DNA of 59,281 nt, counting the filler. It is 5 parts of 5 records of this genome, joined end to end, with 100 filler letters (N's around TTAATTAATTAA, not from the genome) between each part and the next. Parts side by side here need not be neighbours in the genome. Positions count along the whole stretch, not along the records: positions 39,364 to 52,667 come from SRR31156797_3198; 4 more parts are not named here. One strand, given 5' to 3'. A program made the position numbers and the translations under genes. Below are positions 39,364 to 49,915 of this stretch, piece after piece (the first letter of the stretch is position 1; each line of letters opens with the position of its first letter). The notes beneath the pieces are model-generated. The model was not told the origin of the DNA. It worked only from the letters and a program-made list of their open reading frames with translations, and ran no database searches.

Positions 39364-39543
39364 CAAGACTTAATGTCATATGTTCAATCTGGACAAACTA
39401 ACCCTTGGGCTTTCCAAATGTATCCTGTAGCAGCATGGGAAGATGCAACTAAAAATGGTGCTCAAGAATACATGTTCGGTTCTAAAAACGAAGAACAAGT
39501 AATTGATTATATCGACAATGTATGGATGGACAACATTAAATAA
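39364..39543 (+). CDS. C-terminus of a probable sugar ABC substrate-binding protein (5' truncated)
   Basis: My translation: QDLMSYVQSGQTNPWAFQMYPVAAWEDATKNGAQEYMFGSKNEEQVIDYIDNVWMDNIK*; lies upstream of CUT1 permeases. Confidence 0.65.
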   Translation, partial: QDLMSYVQSGQTNPWAFQMYPVAAWEDATKNGAQEYMFGSKNEEQVIDYIDNVWMDNIK

Positions 39544-39569
39544 TAACTAATACTAAACTTTTACATCTT

Positions 39570-39602
39570 AGGGGGAGCTTATCGCGGGTCCCCCTTTAAT
39601 TT
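39570..39602 (+). terminator. Stem-loop after the binding-protein gene
   Basis: AGGGGGA...TCCCCCT followed by TTAATTT. Confidence 0.6.
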
Positions 39603-39858
39603 AAAAAAAATTGCTACTAAAAATAAGAAATTTACACAAAAATAGAATAAATGCTTTATTTAAACTTAAAAGAAGAATTTTAGCATAAGAGAAAAAGAGT
39701 TAGAGAGACGGATAAAAGAGAGTAAGCAGCTAATAATTAATATATTAAAAAGAAAGAAATTATAGCTTGGGGAAGCAAACTTTATAAAGTAATTGTTAAA
39801 ATTTTAATAATTTTATAAAAATTGCAGATTTATAAGATAATTTCTATAAGGAGGAAAG

Positions 39859-41454
39859 ATGGTAAGTTCAAAATCAGGTAAAGTTTTTCATTTTATAATT
39901 TTCCTTCTTCCGGCAGTACTTTTATACACAATGTTTTTCGTTAAACCTCTGTATAAAGGTGTAGGATACTCATTCACTGACTGGAACGGAATTGTCCCGG
40001 AAGTTCAGTTAGAGTTCGAAAAGGAAGAATTTGAAAAAAATGTAGTGGGTAAGTTAACTAAAGAATCAGAGAAAGAGTATTTAAAAGAATACTTCTTAAT
40101 CGATGATTACAATGAGTATTATGAATTAACAACATTTATAGAAGTACCTGGGTCAGATGAAGAAAGACCTATCTCAACTAAAGAGAAAGCAAAACTTAAA
40201 AAAATACTTAAAAAAGTAGGGATTAGCCCAATTAAATTTATAGGTTTCCAAAACTATATTGATATGTTCAAAAATGATGAAAGATTCGTTCCTAGAATGA
40301 ATAAAAACAGTTTATTCAAGAAATTTAAGCCATTACCAGAAAGTATTGATAAAAATATCTTTGAAAAAAACTTAATTAAGAATATAAAAACAGAAGAAGA
40401 AAAAGCAGCAGTTAATAAATATTATCAACTTGGAAATATTGATGAAGAGTTTTTCGTTTACTCTCTTAATGATTCACTTTCAGATGGAGATAAAGCAAAA
40501 TTTAAAGACATTTTAAACACGCAAATTTCTAAATTAGAAAAGAAAAAATTAACTTCTAAATTTAAAAGTAACGGATTATTTGCATCAATTCCAAAATATA
40601 TCGATCAAGACAAATATGAAACTTACTTAATTAAAAAAGTAGATAAAAATGAAAAAGATTTCGTAGCAGGACTTTACACAAAAGAAACTTTAATTAAAAG
40701 TAAAACGGCATATATCTTACAAGATATCGCTAAAAAAGATAAAAAAGGACTTAAGAAAATCTTAGCAGATAATATGTACAAAAAAGTATTTGTTATGGGA
40801 GTTATCGGATTTACATTATTCTTTACATTCTTTAATGTAATCTTCTCAAATATTGCAGCACTTTCTTTAGCTCTTGTATTAGATATGAAGCTTAAAACTA
40901 AAAACATGCTAAGAACTATTTTCTTCTTACCAAATGTACTTAGTTTGATCATCGTAGCATTTGTTTGGTCATTTGTATTTAGATTAATTCTTCCTTTAAT
41001 TACTGGTATTGATGTATGGCTTGGAAGTGTTAACTTAGCACCTTATGCAGTAATTATGGTTGCTGTATGGCAAAGTTGTGGATACTTAATGATCATCTAT
41101 TTAGCAGGATTACAAACAATTCCCGGAGCAATATTAGAGAGTGCTCAAATAGATGGAGCTACTGGATTTAATAGATTTAGATTTATCACTTTACCATTAT
41201 TAATTCCATCAATTACTATTTGTACTTTCTATAGTTTATCAAATTCACTTAAGACATTTGATATAATCTTCGCACTAACAAGTGGAGGACCTGGATATGC
41301 AACTACTCCAATAGTACTTGATATCTATTTCAATGCATTCCTACAGAATAAGTTTGGTTACGGAACTGCAAAAGCCGTGTTCTTATGTTTAATCATTATG
41401 ATTATCACAGGAATTCAACTGGCAATTATGAAGAAAAAGGAGGTTGAAATGTAA
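39859..41454 (+). CDS. Carbohydrate ABC permease (MalF/MsmF-like) with large extracytoplasmic insertions
   Basis: YSFTDWNG...FIGFQNY; EAA motif ESAQIDGA...RFRFITLPLL. Confidence 0.9.
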   Translation: MVSSKSGKVFHFIIFLLPAVLLYTMFFVKPLYKGVGYSFTDWNGIVPEVQLEFEKEEFEKNVVGKLTKESEKEYLKEYFLIDDYNEYYELTTFIEVPGSDEERPISTKEKAKLKKILKKVGISPIKFIGFQNYIDMFKNDERFVPRMNKNSLFKKFKPLPESIDKNIFEKNLIKNIKTEEEKAAVNKYYQLGNIDEEFFVYSLNDSLSDGDKAKFKDILNTQISKLEKKKLTSKFKSNGLFASIPKYIDQDKYETYLIKKVDKNEKDFVAGLYTKETLIKSKTAYILQDIAKKDKKGLKKILADNMYKKVFVMGVIGFTLFFTFFNVIFSNIAALSLALVLDMKLKTKNMLRTIFFLPNVLSLIIVAFVWSFVFRLILPLITGIDVWLGSVNLAPYAVIMVAVWQSCGYLMIIYLAGLQTIPGAILESAQIDGATGFNRFRFITLPLLIPSITICTFYSLSNSLKTFDIIFALTSGGPGYATTPIVLDIYFNAFLQNKFGYGTAKAVFLCLIIMIITGIQLAIMKKKEVEM

Positions 41455-42281
41455 TGACAAAAACAACCGAAAAAAGACTGATGCTTTTACTGGAAATTTT
41501 TATGATAATTGTTGCAATTATATTTCTATTTCCTGCATTAATGACAATAATTAACTCATTCAGACCAGAGGCTGAAATTGTAATGAATCCTTTGGGATTA
41601 CCTGACAAAATTAGTTTTCATAACTATGTTGAAGCTTGGAAGGCAACTAATTTCCCTGTTGTACTTAGAAATACATTCTTTATCACATCATGTAGTACTA
41701 TTGGAATTATAGCAGTAAGTTCAATGGCTGCGTATATTCTGGTTAGAACATCTGGTAAATTAAGTTGGGCAATATTCCTTGCATTTACATTCTCAATGGT
41801 TGTACCATTTCAAACTATCATGGTACCATTATTAATCGAAGCTAAAAATTACGGACTAAAAGATAGTATCTGGGGAATTATCCCAATATATATCGGACTT
41901 GGTTGTCCAATGGCAATATTCTTCTATCACGGATTCATCAAAGGTGTTCCGTTAGAATTAGAGGAAGCAGCAGCAATAGAGGGAGCTTCAAGATTTAGAA
42001 TATTCTTCCAAATCGTATTCCCTATGCTTACACCAATTACTGCAACTGTAGCTATCCTAAATGTATTATGGATATGGAATGATTTTCTATTACCATTAAT
42101 ACTATTACCTAAGCAATCTACTATACAACTTGCACAATACGGATTCTTCAGTTTATTCAAAAGAGAATATGCTAAAGCTATGGCTTCTCTAGTATTATCG
42201 GCATCTCCGGTAGTTGTATTCTATCTAATGATGCAGAAGTTTATTATAAAAGGAATCGCATCAGGTTCTGTAAAGGGGTAA
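41454..42281 (+). CDS. Carbohydrate ABC permease (MalG/MsmG-like)
   Basis: ELEEAAAIEGAS...IVFPML, WIWNDFLLP, FIIKGIASGSVKG. Confidence 0.93.
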   Translation: MTKTTEKRLMLLLEIFMIIVAIIFLFPALMTIINSFRPEAEIVMNPLGLPDKISFHNYVEAWKATNFPVVLRNTFFITSCSTIGIIAVSSMAAYILVRTSGKLSWAIFLAFTFSMVVPFQTIMVPLLIEAKNYGLKDSIWGIIPIYIGLGCPMAIFFYHGFIKGVPLELEEAAAIEGASRFRIFFQIVFPMLTPITATVAILNVLWIWNDFLLPLILLPKQSTIQLAQYGFFSLFKREYAKAMASLVLSASPVVVFYLMMQKFIIKGIASGSVKG

Positions 42282-42284
42282 CAA

Positions 42285-42995
42285 ATGTTTTCTTATCTAA
42301 TAAAAAAGAGTATTTTCGACTCTGCTGAAAATCTAATAAAAATAATAGTTTTCAACCTAATGCTGTTATCAGCTTTTGGCTTTGTCCTTAACTTTATTAT
42401 CAATATGAACAATTTTTACGCTTTCCCAATACTTAGCTTTATGATATTTTTAATCATAGCCAGCGTAAGTTTCATAGTGTATATAAAGAAAAAAGGCTCA
42501 ATTAAGAATTTCCTGTTAAACGCAGTAATGCTGGGACTACTTAATACTGTTATTGCCATAAGCTCATATAACGCCCTCCAATATTATAGCAAGGGAATTA
42601 ACATATTAGCTAATTCCCTTAGCTTCTTCATAATCTGGATACTTATTTTCTGGACTATAATAAGCATGATAATTTTGGTTGTTATATCAAATAACAATAT
42701 TAAATTTGGTGAAATCTTAAAAAAATCAATATTTATCAGTTTTGAAAATATTAAATCAATTATTTTGATATTTATATTCTTTGTAGTTCTTTTTCTATTA
42801 ACTCCACTTACTGTTGTCGGGGCTGGAAGTGCTTTAATTCTTCTGGATAATCTTTATGAATTAATTGAAATTAAAAACAACTATCAAAAAGAAAATCCCG
42901 GAGAAGAGATGAATTGGGATATCGTATTGAAAGAAAAGAGAATGGTTTTAGATAAGAAAAAATTAATGAATCTTATTTTCCCTTGGGAAAGATAA
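42285..42995 (+). CDS. Membrane protein (DUF624/YesL-like, sugar ABC-associated)
   Basis: Five to six TM segments; follows the permeases by 3 nt. Confidence 0.5.
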   Translation: MFSYLIKKSIFDSAENLIKIIVFNLMLLSAFGFVLNFIINMNNFYAFPILSFMIFLIIASVSFIVYIKKKGSIKNFLLNAVMLGLLNTVIAISSYNALQYYSKGINILANSLSFFIIWILIFWTIISMIILVVISNNNIKFGEILKKSIFISFENIKSIILIFIFFVVLFLLTPLTVVGAGSALILLDNLYELIEIKNNYQKENPGEEMNWDIVLKEKRMVLDKKKLMNLIFPWER

Positions 42996-43075
42996 AAAAA
43001 CACAAAACTATATAAAATATTTTAGAGTTTATTAAAGAGTATATGAGAATTATACTTTTAAGAAGGAGGAATGTA

Positions 43076-44572
43076 ATGAGATTTGAAAGAAGCAGCGGAA
43101 TATTACTGCATCCAACATCTCTTCCAGGTAAATATGGAATAGGAGATTTAGGTATTGAGGCATTTAATTTTGTCGATTTCCTTATTAATTCAGATCAAAA
43201 ATTGTGGCAGATTCTTCCTCTAGGACCTACGGGTTATGGAGATTCGCCGTATCAATGCTTCTCAGCTTTTGCCGGGAATCCAATTTTAATCAATTTAGAT
43301 TTAATAAAAAAAGATGGACTGCTTGAAACAAAAGATTTAGAAATAGAAACTGCCTTTGATTCAGAAAAAGTTGATTATGAAAAAGTGATTAATTTTAAAA
43401 TGCCTTTACTTAAAAAAGCATATAAGAATTTTAAAGCTAAAAATGATTTTTTATTGAACAATAAATTTAACAGATTTTGTCTTGAAAATGAAAATTGGTT
43501 AGATGATTACTCACTATTCAGAGCTGTAAAGACACATTTCGGGGAAAAAAACTGGTCTGAATGGGAAGATCGTGAGATAATTGTAAGAGAAGAGCACGCA
43601 ATAGAAAAGTATAAAGAGATGTTAGCTGATGAAGTAGAATTTAGAAAATTTAGTCAGTATCTATTTTTTAATCAGTGGGGTAGTGTAAAAGATTACGCAA
43701 ATAGAAACGGAATCAAAATCATTGGTGATATCCCTATATTTATAGCGTTTGATAGTTCTGACGCATGGGCAAATCCTGAACTTTTCGAGTTTGATGAAGA
43801 GAGAAAACCTGTGAAAGTTGCAGGAGTGCCACCTGATTATTTCAGTAGCACCGGTCAGTTATGGGGAAATCCAATCTATGATTGGGAAAAGATGAAAAAC
43901 AATGGATTTAAATGGTGGATTGAAAGAATCAAAGCTAATCTAAAAATTTCTGATATTATCAGAATTGATCATTTTAGAGGTTTTGCTCAATACTGGGGAA
44001 TCCCTTATGGTGAAACTACAGCGATAAAGGGTGAATGGTATGACTCTCCTGGAATCGAACTATTTGAAGCTATCAGAAATTCACTTGGTAAACTTCCTAT
44101 CATTGCTGAGGATTTAGGAACAATAACACCAGATGTAATTGAGTTAAGAGAAAGGTTTGCTTTCCCTGGTATGAAAATACTTCAATTCGCGTTTGACCCG
44201 GAGGATGAAGAGAGTCATTTCCCGTGTGATTATGACAAAAATCTGGTTGTTTATACTGGAACTCATGATAACAACACTGTTGTCGGATGGTACAGCGCAG
44301 CTAACAACAGAGATAGAACACACGCTAAAGAGTATCTGAATATTCCACACAACAGAAATGATGTAGAATGGAACTTTATAAGATCTGCATGGGCTTCTGT
44401 TGCTGATATAGCTATTGCTCCTATTCAAGATTTACTTGGACTTGATGAATCAGCAAGAATGAATACACCATCTACCGCTTCCGGTAACTGGCAATGGAGA
44501 TATAAAAAAGGAACTCTTAACAAGAGACTCGCTGAAAAACTAAAGAAAATTACTAATTTATATTACAGATAA
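43076..44572 (+). CDS. malQ: 4-alpha-glucanotransferase (amylomaltase, GH77)
   Basis: RSSGILLHPTSLP, GDSPYQ, AGVPPDYFS..GQLWGNP, RIDHFRG, IAEDLG, YTGTHDN; ATG 43076 follows AGGAGG. Confidence 0.96.
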   Translation: MRFERSSGILLHPTSLPGKYGIGDLGIEAFNFVDFLINSDQKLWQILPLGPTGYGDSPYQCFSAFAGNPILINLDLIKKDGLLETKDLEIETAFDSEKVDYEKVINFKMPLLKKAYKNFKAKNDFLLNNKFNRFCLENENWLDDYSLFRAVKTHFGEKNWSEWEDREIIVREEHAIEKYKEMLADEVEFRKFSQYLFFNQWGSVKDYANRNGIKIIGDIPIFIAFDSSDAWANPELFEFDEERKPVKVAGVPPDYFSSTGQLWGNPIYDWEKMKNNGFKWWIERIKANLKISDIIRIDHFRGFAQYWGIPYGETTAIKGEWYDSPGIELFEAIRNSLGKLPIIAEDLGTITPDVIELRERFAFPGMKILQFAFDPEDEESHFPCDYDKNLVVYTGTHDNNTVVGWYSAANNRDRTHAKEYLNIPHNRNDVEWNFIRSAWASVADIAIAPIQDLLGLDESARMNTPSTASGNWQWRYKKGTLNKRLAEKLKKITNLYYR

Positions 44573-44612
44573 GAATATCTAAATAACCGATTTTTAAACT
44601 TTACTACTATAT

Positions 44613-44641
44613 TTGAATTATTTGTAAAAATATGGTACAAT
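44613..44641 (+). promoter_or_regulatory. Sigma70 promoter upstream of the MCP gene
   Basis: TTGAAT, 17-bp spacer, TACAAT with extended -10 TG. Confidence 0.5.
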
Positions 44642-44763
44642 ACTTTACATAAGATAAGGTCGACTAATTTAGTGGCCTTATTTTATTACCACTCTTTGGA
44701 AACGATTCAATATAGTGGTGGATTTTATATTAAAGATTAATCGAATTATTTTTAGGAGGAACA

Positions 44764-46908
44764 ATGAATAATAGTAAATCAAAAACAATTAAGTTTAATA
44801 ACAGTATATTTGGTAAAATGTTAATATCGTTTTCGTTAGTCTTAATTGTTTCTCTATTCATCCTAGGTATACTTATCTCAAATAACGTTGAGAAATCAAT
44901 GAAACAGCAATTCCTAACATCATTTACAAAAAATACCGAGCATAATAAAAAATATGTAGATCATATTGCTAATTCTATTGATGCTGCTGCTATGCAAATA
45001 TTCTCTGATACAGACCTTATCAAAACCTTGAAGAAAAAATACACTAATCCATTTCAAAAAATTGGTGGTGAAAAAAAAGTTACAACTGCTTTAAGAAAAC
45101 TTGTTGTTGCAAACCCCTTAATTGAAAGTATTTATATAATTAATCCTGATGGCCTATCCGTTGGATACCCTAGTATTTTCGAGGGGCAAAAAGGAATAGA
45201 AGATGCAAAAGAGAAAGAATACTATAAAGAAGCTATTGCTTTAGGTGGAAAAGGAATGTGGTTTAAACCTGAAGTCGATCACCTCTCTCAAGAAAAAAAA
45301 GTTGTAATGAGAAATACAAGACAAATGATGGATTTTATATCTAATAAAAAAGTGGGGGTATTAAGTGTTAACTTTGATCCTCAGGCATTAAATGATGATT
45401 CTTCTGAAGATTCAGAAGAAGATGTTACAGAATCACAAGAAAAAGCTATTATCGTTGATGGAAACGGTATCATTTTGAGCCATTATGACAGCTCAAAAAT
45501 TGGTTTATCTGGAAATGATGATCCAAAAATATCTATTGTTTTAAATAAAATTTCAGAATTAAATAAAAATATTAATGATGATGAGGAAATTACTGAAGTT
45601 AGTGCAGAATTTGAATACACTGAAGAGGGCACTAAGAATAGAGAGTATGGTTTCTTCTCAACTTCATCAGAAACAGGATGGATATACATAACAACAGTTC
45701 CATATAAGTTACTTACAAGTACTGCTAAGGAGATTAAAACTCTAATTTTAACTTTAAGCGTTATTATATTAATAGTTACAATTCTTATTTCAATGTGGGT
45801 AGCTTTTTCCATCTCAAAACCGATTAAAATTGTAGTACAAGGTCTTCAAAGAGGGTTAAACGGAGATCTAACTACAAAAGTTAATTTAAAAAGAAATGAT
45901 GAACTTGGAGTATTAGCTGATGAGTATAATCTTTTTATTGCTAAACTAAATGAAACTATCGAAGATGTAAAAACTATTATCAAAAATATATATGATAAAA
46001 ATATAGTTGTAGAAAACGTTATGCAGAATACTGTTAAGGGATCATCTAACACAAATGGAATTATTCAACTTGAGCAGTATATAGCTGACGTTATGGAGCA
46101 TGTAAAGGATCAAACTGATGGGACAGAACAATCACTTGCTTCGCTTCAGCAAATAACCAGCTCAACAATTACAACTGTTGAAAAATCTAAATCAACACTT
46201 GATTCATCAGAAAAAACTCTTAAAAAAGTAGATGAAGGATTTAATAATATTGAATTTATGTTTAACTCAATGCAGAAGATAAATGACAGTGTAGAAAAAA
46301 CCAATTCTGAAATTGGTGGTTTAATTGGTTTATCCAAAAACATAGGTAATATAACAAATTCTATATATAAATTATCTGAACAAACTAACCTCCTTGCTCT
46401 AAATGCAGCTATTGAAGCAGCAAGAGCAGGTAGTCACGGTAAAGGTTTTGCTGTCGTAGCAGCTGAGATAAGAAAATTAGCTGTTAAAACTGATGAGGAA
46501 ATAGAAAAAATAGAAAAAATTATTATCGAAATTCAGGGCTCTATTAATACTGTTAAAACATCAAATGATAGTGTAGAGACTAAAGTTCTGGAAGGTGTAG
46601 GACTTGCTGAAAAAGTTAAAACTATTATAACGGAAATATATGACAGTTCAAAAGAGAGTATACATGACATTCAAAATATGCAATATGCTGCTGAGGAACA
46701 GTCGGTTGCCGCAACTGAAATCAGCAACGCCGTGGAAACGATCTCAGATAACTCTACAGGAATTAAATCTCTTGCTGATGAAACTCACAAAATTACAAAA
46801 GAGATTTCAGGAGAACTGATTGAAAAACTTAACTTGATTGAAGAGATGTTAAATATGTCAAAAAAATTAGAAAAAGATATCCAGTTTTTTAAAACAGAAA
46901 CTACATAA
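44764..46908 (+). CDS. Methyl-accepting chemotaxis protein (dCache-HAMP-MCP signal)
   Basis: Two TMs, Cache-like region, HAMP, QTNLLALNAAIEAARAG.HGKGFAVVA.EIRKLA. Confidence 0.95.
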   Translation: MNNSKSKTIKFNNSIFGKMLISFSLVLIVSLFILGILISNNVEKSMKQQFLTSFTKNTEHNKKYVDHIANSIDAAAMQIFSDTDLIKTLKKKYTNPFQKIGGEKKVTTALRKLVVANPLIESIYIINPDGLSVGYPSIFEGQKGIEDAKEKEYYKEAIALGGKGMWFKPEVDHLSQEKKVVMRNTRQMMDFISNKKVGVLSVNFDPQALNDDSSEDSEEDVTESQEKAIIVDGNGIILSHYDSSKIGLSGNDDPKISIVLNKISELNKNINDDEEITEVSAEFEYTEEGTKNREYGFFSTSSETGWIYITTVPYKLLTSTAKEIKTLILTLSVIILIVTILISMWVAFSISKPIKIVVQGLQRGLNGDLTTKVNLKRNDELGVLADEYNLFIAKLNETIEDVKTIIKNIYDKNIVVENVMQNTVKGSSNTNGIIQLEQYIADVMEHVKDQTDGTEQSLASLQQITSSTITTVEKSKSTLDSSEKTLKKVDEGFNNIEFMFNSMQKINDSVEKTNSEIGGLIGLSKNIGNITNSIYKLSEQTNLLALNAAIEAARAGSHGKGFAVVAAEIRKLAVKTDEEIEKIEKIIIEIQGSINTVKTSNDSVETKVLEGVGLAEKVKTIITEIYDSSKESIHDIQNMQYAAEEQSVAATEISNAVETISDNSTGIKSLADETHKITKEISGELIEKLNLIEEMLNMSKKLEKDIQFFKTETT

Positions 46909-46917
46909 ATTATTTTT

Positions 46918-46957
46918 TAAAAAACCTTTCAAAATTTTACTTTGAAAGGTTTTTTTT
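46918..46957 (+). terminator. Rho-independent terminator
   Basis: AAAACCTTTCAAA...TTTGAAAGGTTTT followed by a T-run. Confidence 0.8.
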
Positions 46958-46988
46958 GATATTAACTAAATTTTAAAGAAACTATAAA

Positions 46989-47011
46989 AGAGGCATGAAA
47001 TCCATGCCTCT
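46989..47011 (-). terminator. Rho-independent terminator of the DGC operon
   Basis: AGAGGCATG-aaatc-CATGCCTCT with an A-run on the left. Confidence 0.65.
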
Positions 47012-47030
47012 CCTTATCGATATATTAAAT

Positions 47031-48689
47031 TTAAACTGTTATATATTTTCCATCTCTTTTACTTCCTACAACCCTGTTTCTTCCTGTATTTTTACCTTGA
47101 TACAGAGCCATATCAGCATGAGCAATATTTTCATCTAAATCTTCATGTTGGTTATATTCAGTAACTCCAAATGACATTGTTATATTGAAGCTATGCTCAT
47201 CATAATCGATTATTGATGCTTCTAAAACTTTTCTCAGTCTCTCAGCAACTTTCATAGCATCTTTAAATGATGTTTCAACTAAAAGAAGCACAAACTCCTC
47301 GCCTCCCCATCGACCAACGAAATCAAGCTCTTTCACATTTTCTTTCATAATTTTTGCGGTATTTTTTAATACATAATCTCCACAATCATGTCCGTAAGTA
47401 TCATTAACTCTTTTGAAATAATCAATATCACAGATTATTACAGAGAACTCTTTTTTCTTTCTATTTCCTCTTGCATACTCTTTTTTAATTTCATCAACTA
47501 TTCCTCTTCGATTTAATAAACCGGTAAGTGGATCTGTTTTTGATGCTTCTTCTAATTTTGTAGTTGTTCTTTTTAACCTTTTAACTACTTGCTCCAGCTC
47601 TTTTTCAGATTTTTTACGAGAATATAATTCGTAATAAATAATAAGAAGTGCAAAAGTTATAATAAGCATAGGTGCTACTTCTAAAAATACTGATCTATAT
47701 ATCTGGGTTTTCTCTTGTAGTATATATAAGTTCCATGGTAAACCTTCGATATTTCTTTTAACTACATAATATTTTTTTACTGCTTCTACTTTATTAAAAT
47801 CTTTTAATTCTTTTAAATTAGATAACTCAATGCCTTTGGGAAGAATGTCCTCCACCCTAAATATCGTCTCCTGATACTCTTCTCGAAATTCAGTTGTTCC
47901 TATAAGATGCTGTTTATCATCAACTAATATTGATATCATATTTGGTTTAATGTTTTCAAGTAACATAGCACTTATTGCCTTTATAGTTAAATCAATTCCA
48001 AAAACTCCTTTAAACTCATTATCTTTATAAACCGGTGTAGAAAGAGTTAACACCGCACCTAAGTTTGCTCCATCAATATAGGGCTCTGACCATCTACTTT
48101 CTCTATTTACATTTCTGGCAGATATAGTATTTTGATAAAACTCTCTATTATACAGATGATCAGAAAACGAATATTCTTCTGATGATTTCCAAGGATAAAT
48201 ATTTATAAACTGTTCCTCAGAGATATAATAAAGCCATGCTGTATGTTTTGATCTTTCCCAAATCTGTTTAAACACAGGATTTATACTTAGAGCCATTTTG
48301 AGTTCATGTATAACTTTTGGATTAGTTTTAAAATCACCTTTACCGGTAATATTTCCAATTTCTTTATGAAGTTTCTGGACTATAGCTTCATCCATATTAT
48401 AATAACTAACATTTTTACCTGTTTCCTCAATTAAATCAAAATGAAATTTTTCTGGAATTTTTGAATTTTCAGGAACATTCTCTAAATATGTTTCCGCAAG
48501 TTTTCTTACTAACTCAATATTTTCTATATCCCGTTTGAGATTTGCATCAATGAAATTTTTACTTGTATTTGCTTCATTTCTTAAGATTTCTAGTTTACTT
48601 CCCTTGTTAATTGTAAAGAAATATGAGAATATAAAAAATGATAAACAAATCATAACAAGGAAACTGGTTTTTAATAAAAATTTTCTCAT
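47031..48689 (-). CDS. Sensor diguanylate cyclase (dCache-GGDEF)
   Basis: WSEPYID...LTLSTPVY...GIDL; DPLTGLLNRR, DIDYFKRVNDTYGH, RWGGEEF. Confidence 0.93.
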   Translation of the reverse strand: MRKFLLKTSFLVMICLSFFIFSYFFTINKGSKLEILRNEANTSKNFIDANLKRDIENIELVRKLAETYLENVPENSKIPEKFHFDLIEETGKNVSYYNMDEAIVQKLHKEIGNITGKGDFKTNPKVIHELKMALSINPVFKQIWERSKHTAWLYYISEEQFINIYPWKSSEEYSFSDHLYNREFYQNTISARNVNRESRWSEPYIDGANLGAVLTLSTPVYKDNEFKGVFGIDLTIKAISAMLLENIKPNMISILVDDKQHLIGTTEFREEYQETIFRVEDILPKGIELSNLKELKDFNKVEAVKKYYVVKRNIEGLPWNLYILQEKTQIYRSVFLEVAPMLIITFALLIIYYELYSRKKSEKELEQVVKRLKRTTTKLEEASKTDPLTGLLNRRGIVDEIKKEYARGNRKKKEFSVIICDIDYFKRVNDTYGHDCGDYVLKNTAKIMKENVKELDFVGRWGGEEFVLLLVETSFKDAMKVAERLRKVLEASIIDYDEHSFNITMSFGVTEYNQHEDLDENIAHADMALYQGKNTGRNRVVGSKRDGKYITV

Positions 48690-48704
48690 CTTTCTCCTCC
48701 TAAT

Positions 48705-48962
48705 TTATTTTTTTAGAATCAAATAAAAAATTCCGGCTATTAAAATAAAATTAATTAAAATCAATATTTTATTTAAAATATCTTTTTTAAAAGATTTTTT
48801 CTTTTCTATTTCAAGTGTCCTGTTTATTGCCTCTATCTCTTCTTTTAGCTTATTGATCTCTTCCCTATTTAATAGAGCTGCATCTTTTAACTCTCTCATA
48901 TCATGTCTTGGTTTTGTAGCTTTTACTAATTGTTTGACATCTTTTTTTATTAAATTAAACAA
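48705..48962 (-). CDS. Small coiled-coil protein with C-terminal TM
   Basis: 85 aa, tightly packed in the operon. Confidence 0.6.
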   Translation of the reverse strand: MFNLIKKDVKQLVKATKPRHDMRELKDAALLNREEINKLKEEIEAINRTLEIEKKKSFKKDILNKILILINFILIAGIFYLILKK

Positions 48963-48963
48963 A

Positions 48964-49881
48964 TTATTTCTCCTTTCTCAGGATATTCTGTATAGTATCT
49001 TTATACTTTATCTCATTAATAAGTTCAAGGGCTTTTTTTCTACTTTTTTTTCTACTTTCTCTTTCATCAAATTCTGATGAATATTTACAGTAATCTTTCG
49101 TTATAAGTCCTAACCTAAGTGATAAGAGTGCATTACATGTTCCGTCAAATATACTGTCTGCAATATGTGATGTAACTTTTGATAAAACCGGCATTCCGTT
49201 AAGAGCCTTTGAAAGTAATGACTGAACTATCTCTTGTATAGAGACCTCAGATACACCTGCTGCTGCTAATACATTTCCAAATACAGTTATGTATAGATTC
49301 AGCAACTCCTTAATACTTGGTTTTTGATTATAATAATGAGCTATTTTCCAGATCATCTCTATCTCAATTTTGAGTACAAATACTATATCAAGGGTTCCAT
49401 TCTGAGATATTGCTGTTGATGTAAATACAGCTCCGGCATATTTTTTGATCATTTTATCTACTTCTTTATCTATATCCGTTTCAATATTTGTTAAACTCTC
49501 TTTAATGCCATGTATACTATCAGCAGTTTTTAATATTTCCAGTTTATCAATATCAACATTTCTTTTTAATCTGCTGTTTTTCTGAGTACACTCTTTTATT
49601 ATTCTATTTTTATACGCGTAATAGAACTCTCTTTTTTCTTCCGGTGTAGAGTTTACATGTGGTCTTCTAAGAGCCTTTGGTAAAAACAAAAGTGTTAATA
49701 TAGGATAAAAAGTAAAAACAGCAACTAAAGCAAAAAATCCCCAAGCTAAATAGTAACCATATTTAAAACTTGATCCTGCTGATAGTGCAAGTTGATTTAA
49801 TTGATTAAAAAGTATTAGTGAGCCAAAAATAGTCATTCCTATAATAAATGGAATCAATGTTCTCCATAATATCTTTCTCAT
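48964..49881 (-). CDS. DUF697/YcjF-like membrane protein
   Basis: Two N-terminal TMs; 'STAISQNGTLD...MIWKIAHYY...DGTCNALLSLRLG'. Confidence 0.75.
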   Translation of the reverse strand: MRKILWRTLIPFIIGMTIFGSLILFNQLNQLALSAGSSFKYGYYLAWGFFALVAVFTFYPILTLLFLPKALRRPHVNSTPEEKREFYYAYKNRIIKECTQKNSRLKRNVDIDKLEILKTADSIHGIKESLTNIETDIDKEVDKMIKKYAGAVFTSTAISQNGTLDIVFVLKIEIEMIWKIAHYYNQKPSIKELLNLYITVFGNVLAAAGVSEVSIQEIVQSLLSKALNGMPVLSKVTSHIADSIFDGTCNALLSLRLGLITKDYCKYSSEFDERESRKKSRKKALELINEIKYKDTIQNILRKEK

Positions 49882-49915
49882 ATTAATTACCTTCTTCCTG
49901 TAATTTATTTTCTAT

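Noticed and set aside
39600-39858. Long intergenic region as a riboswitch or sRNA
   Set aside because: AT-rich with no recognisable aptamer consensus; could not be supported by eye
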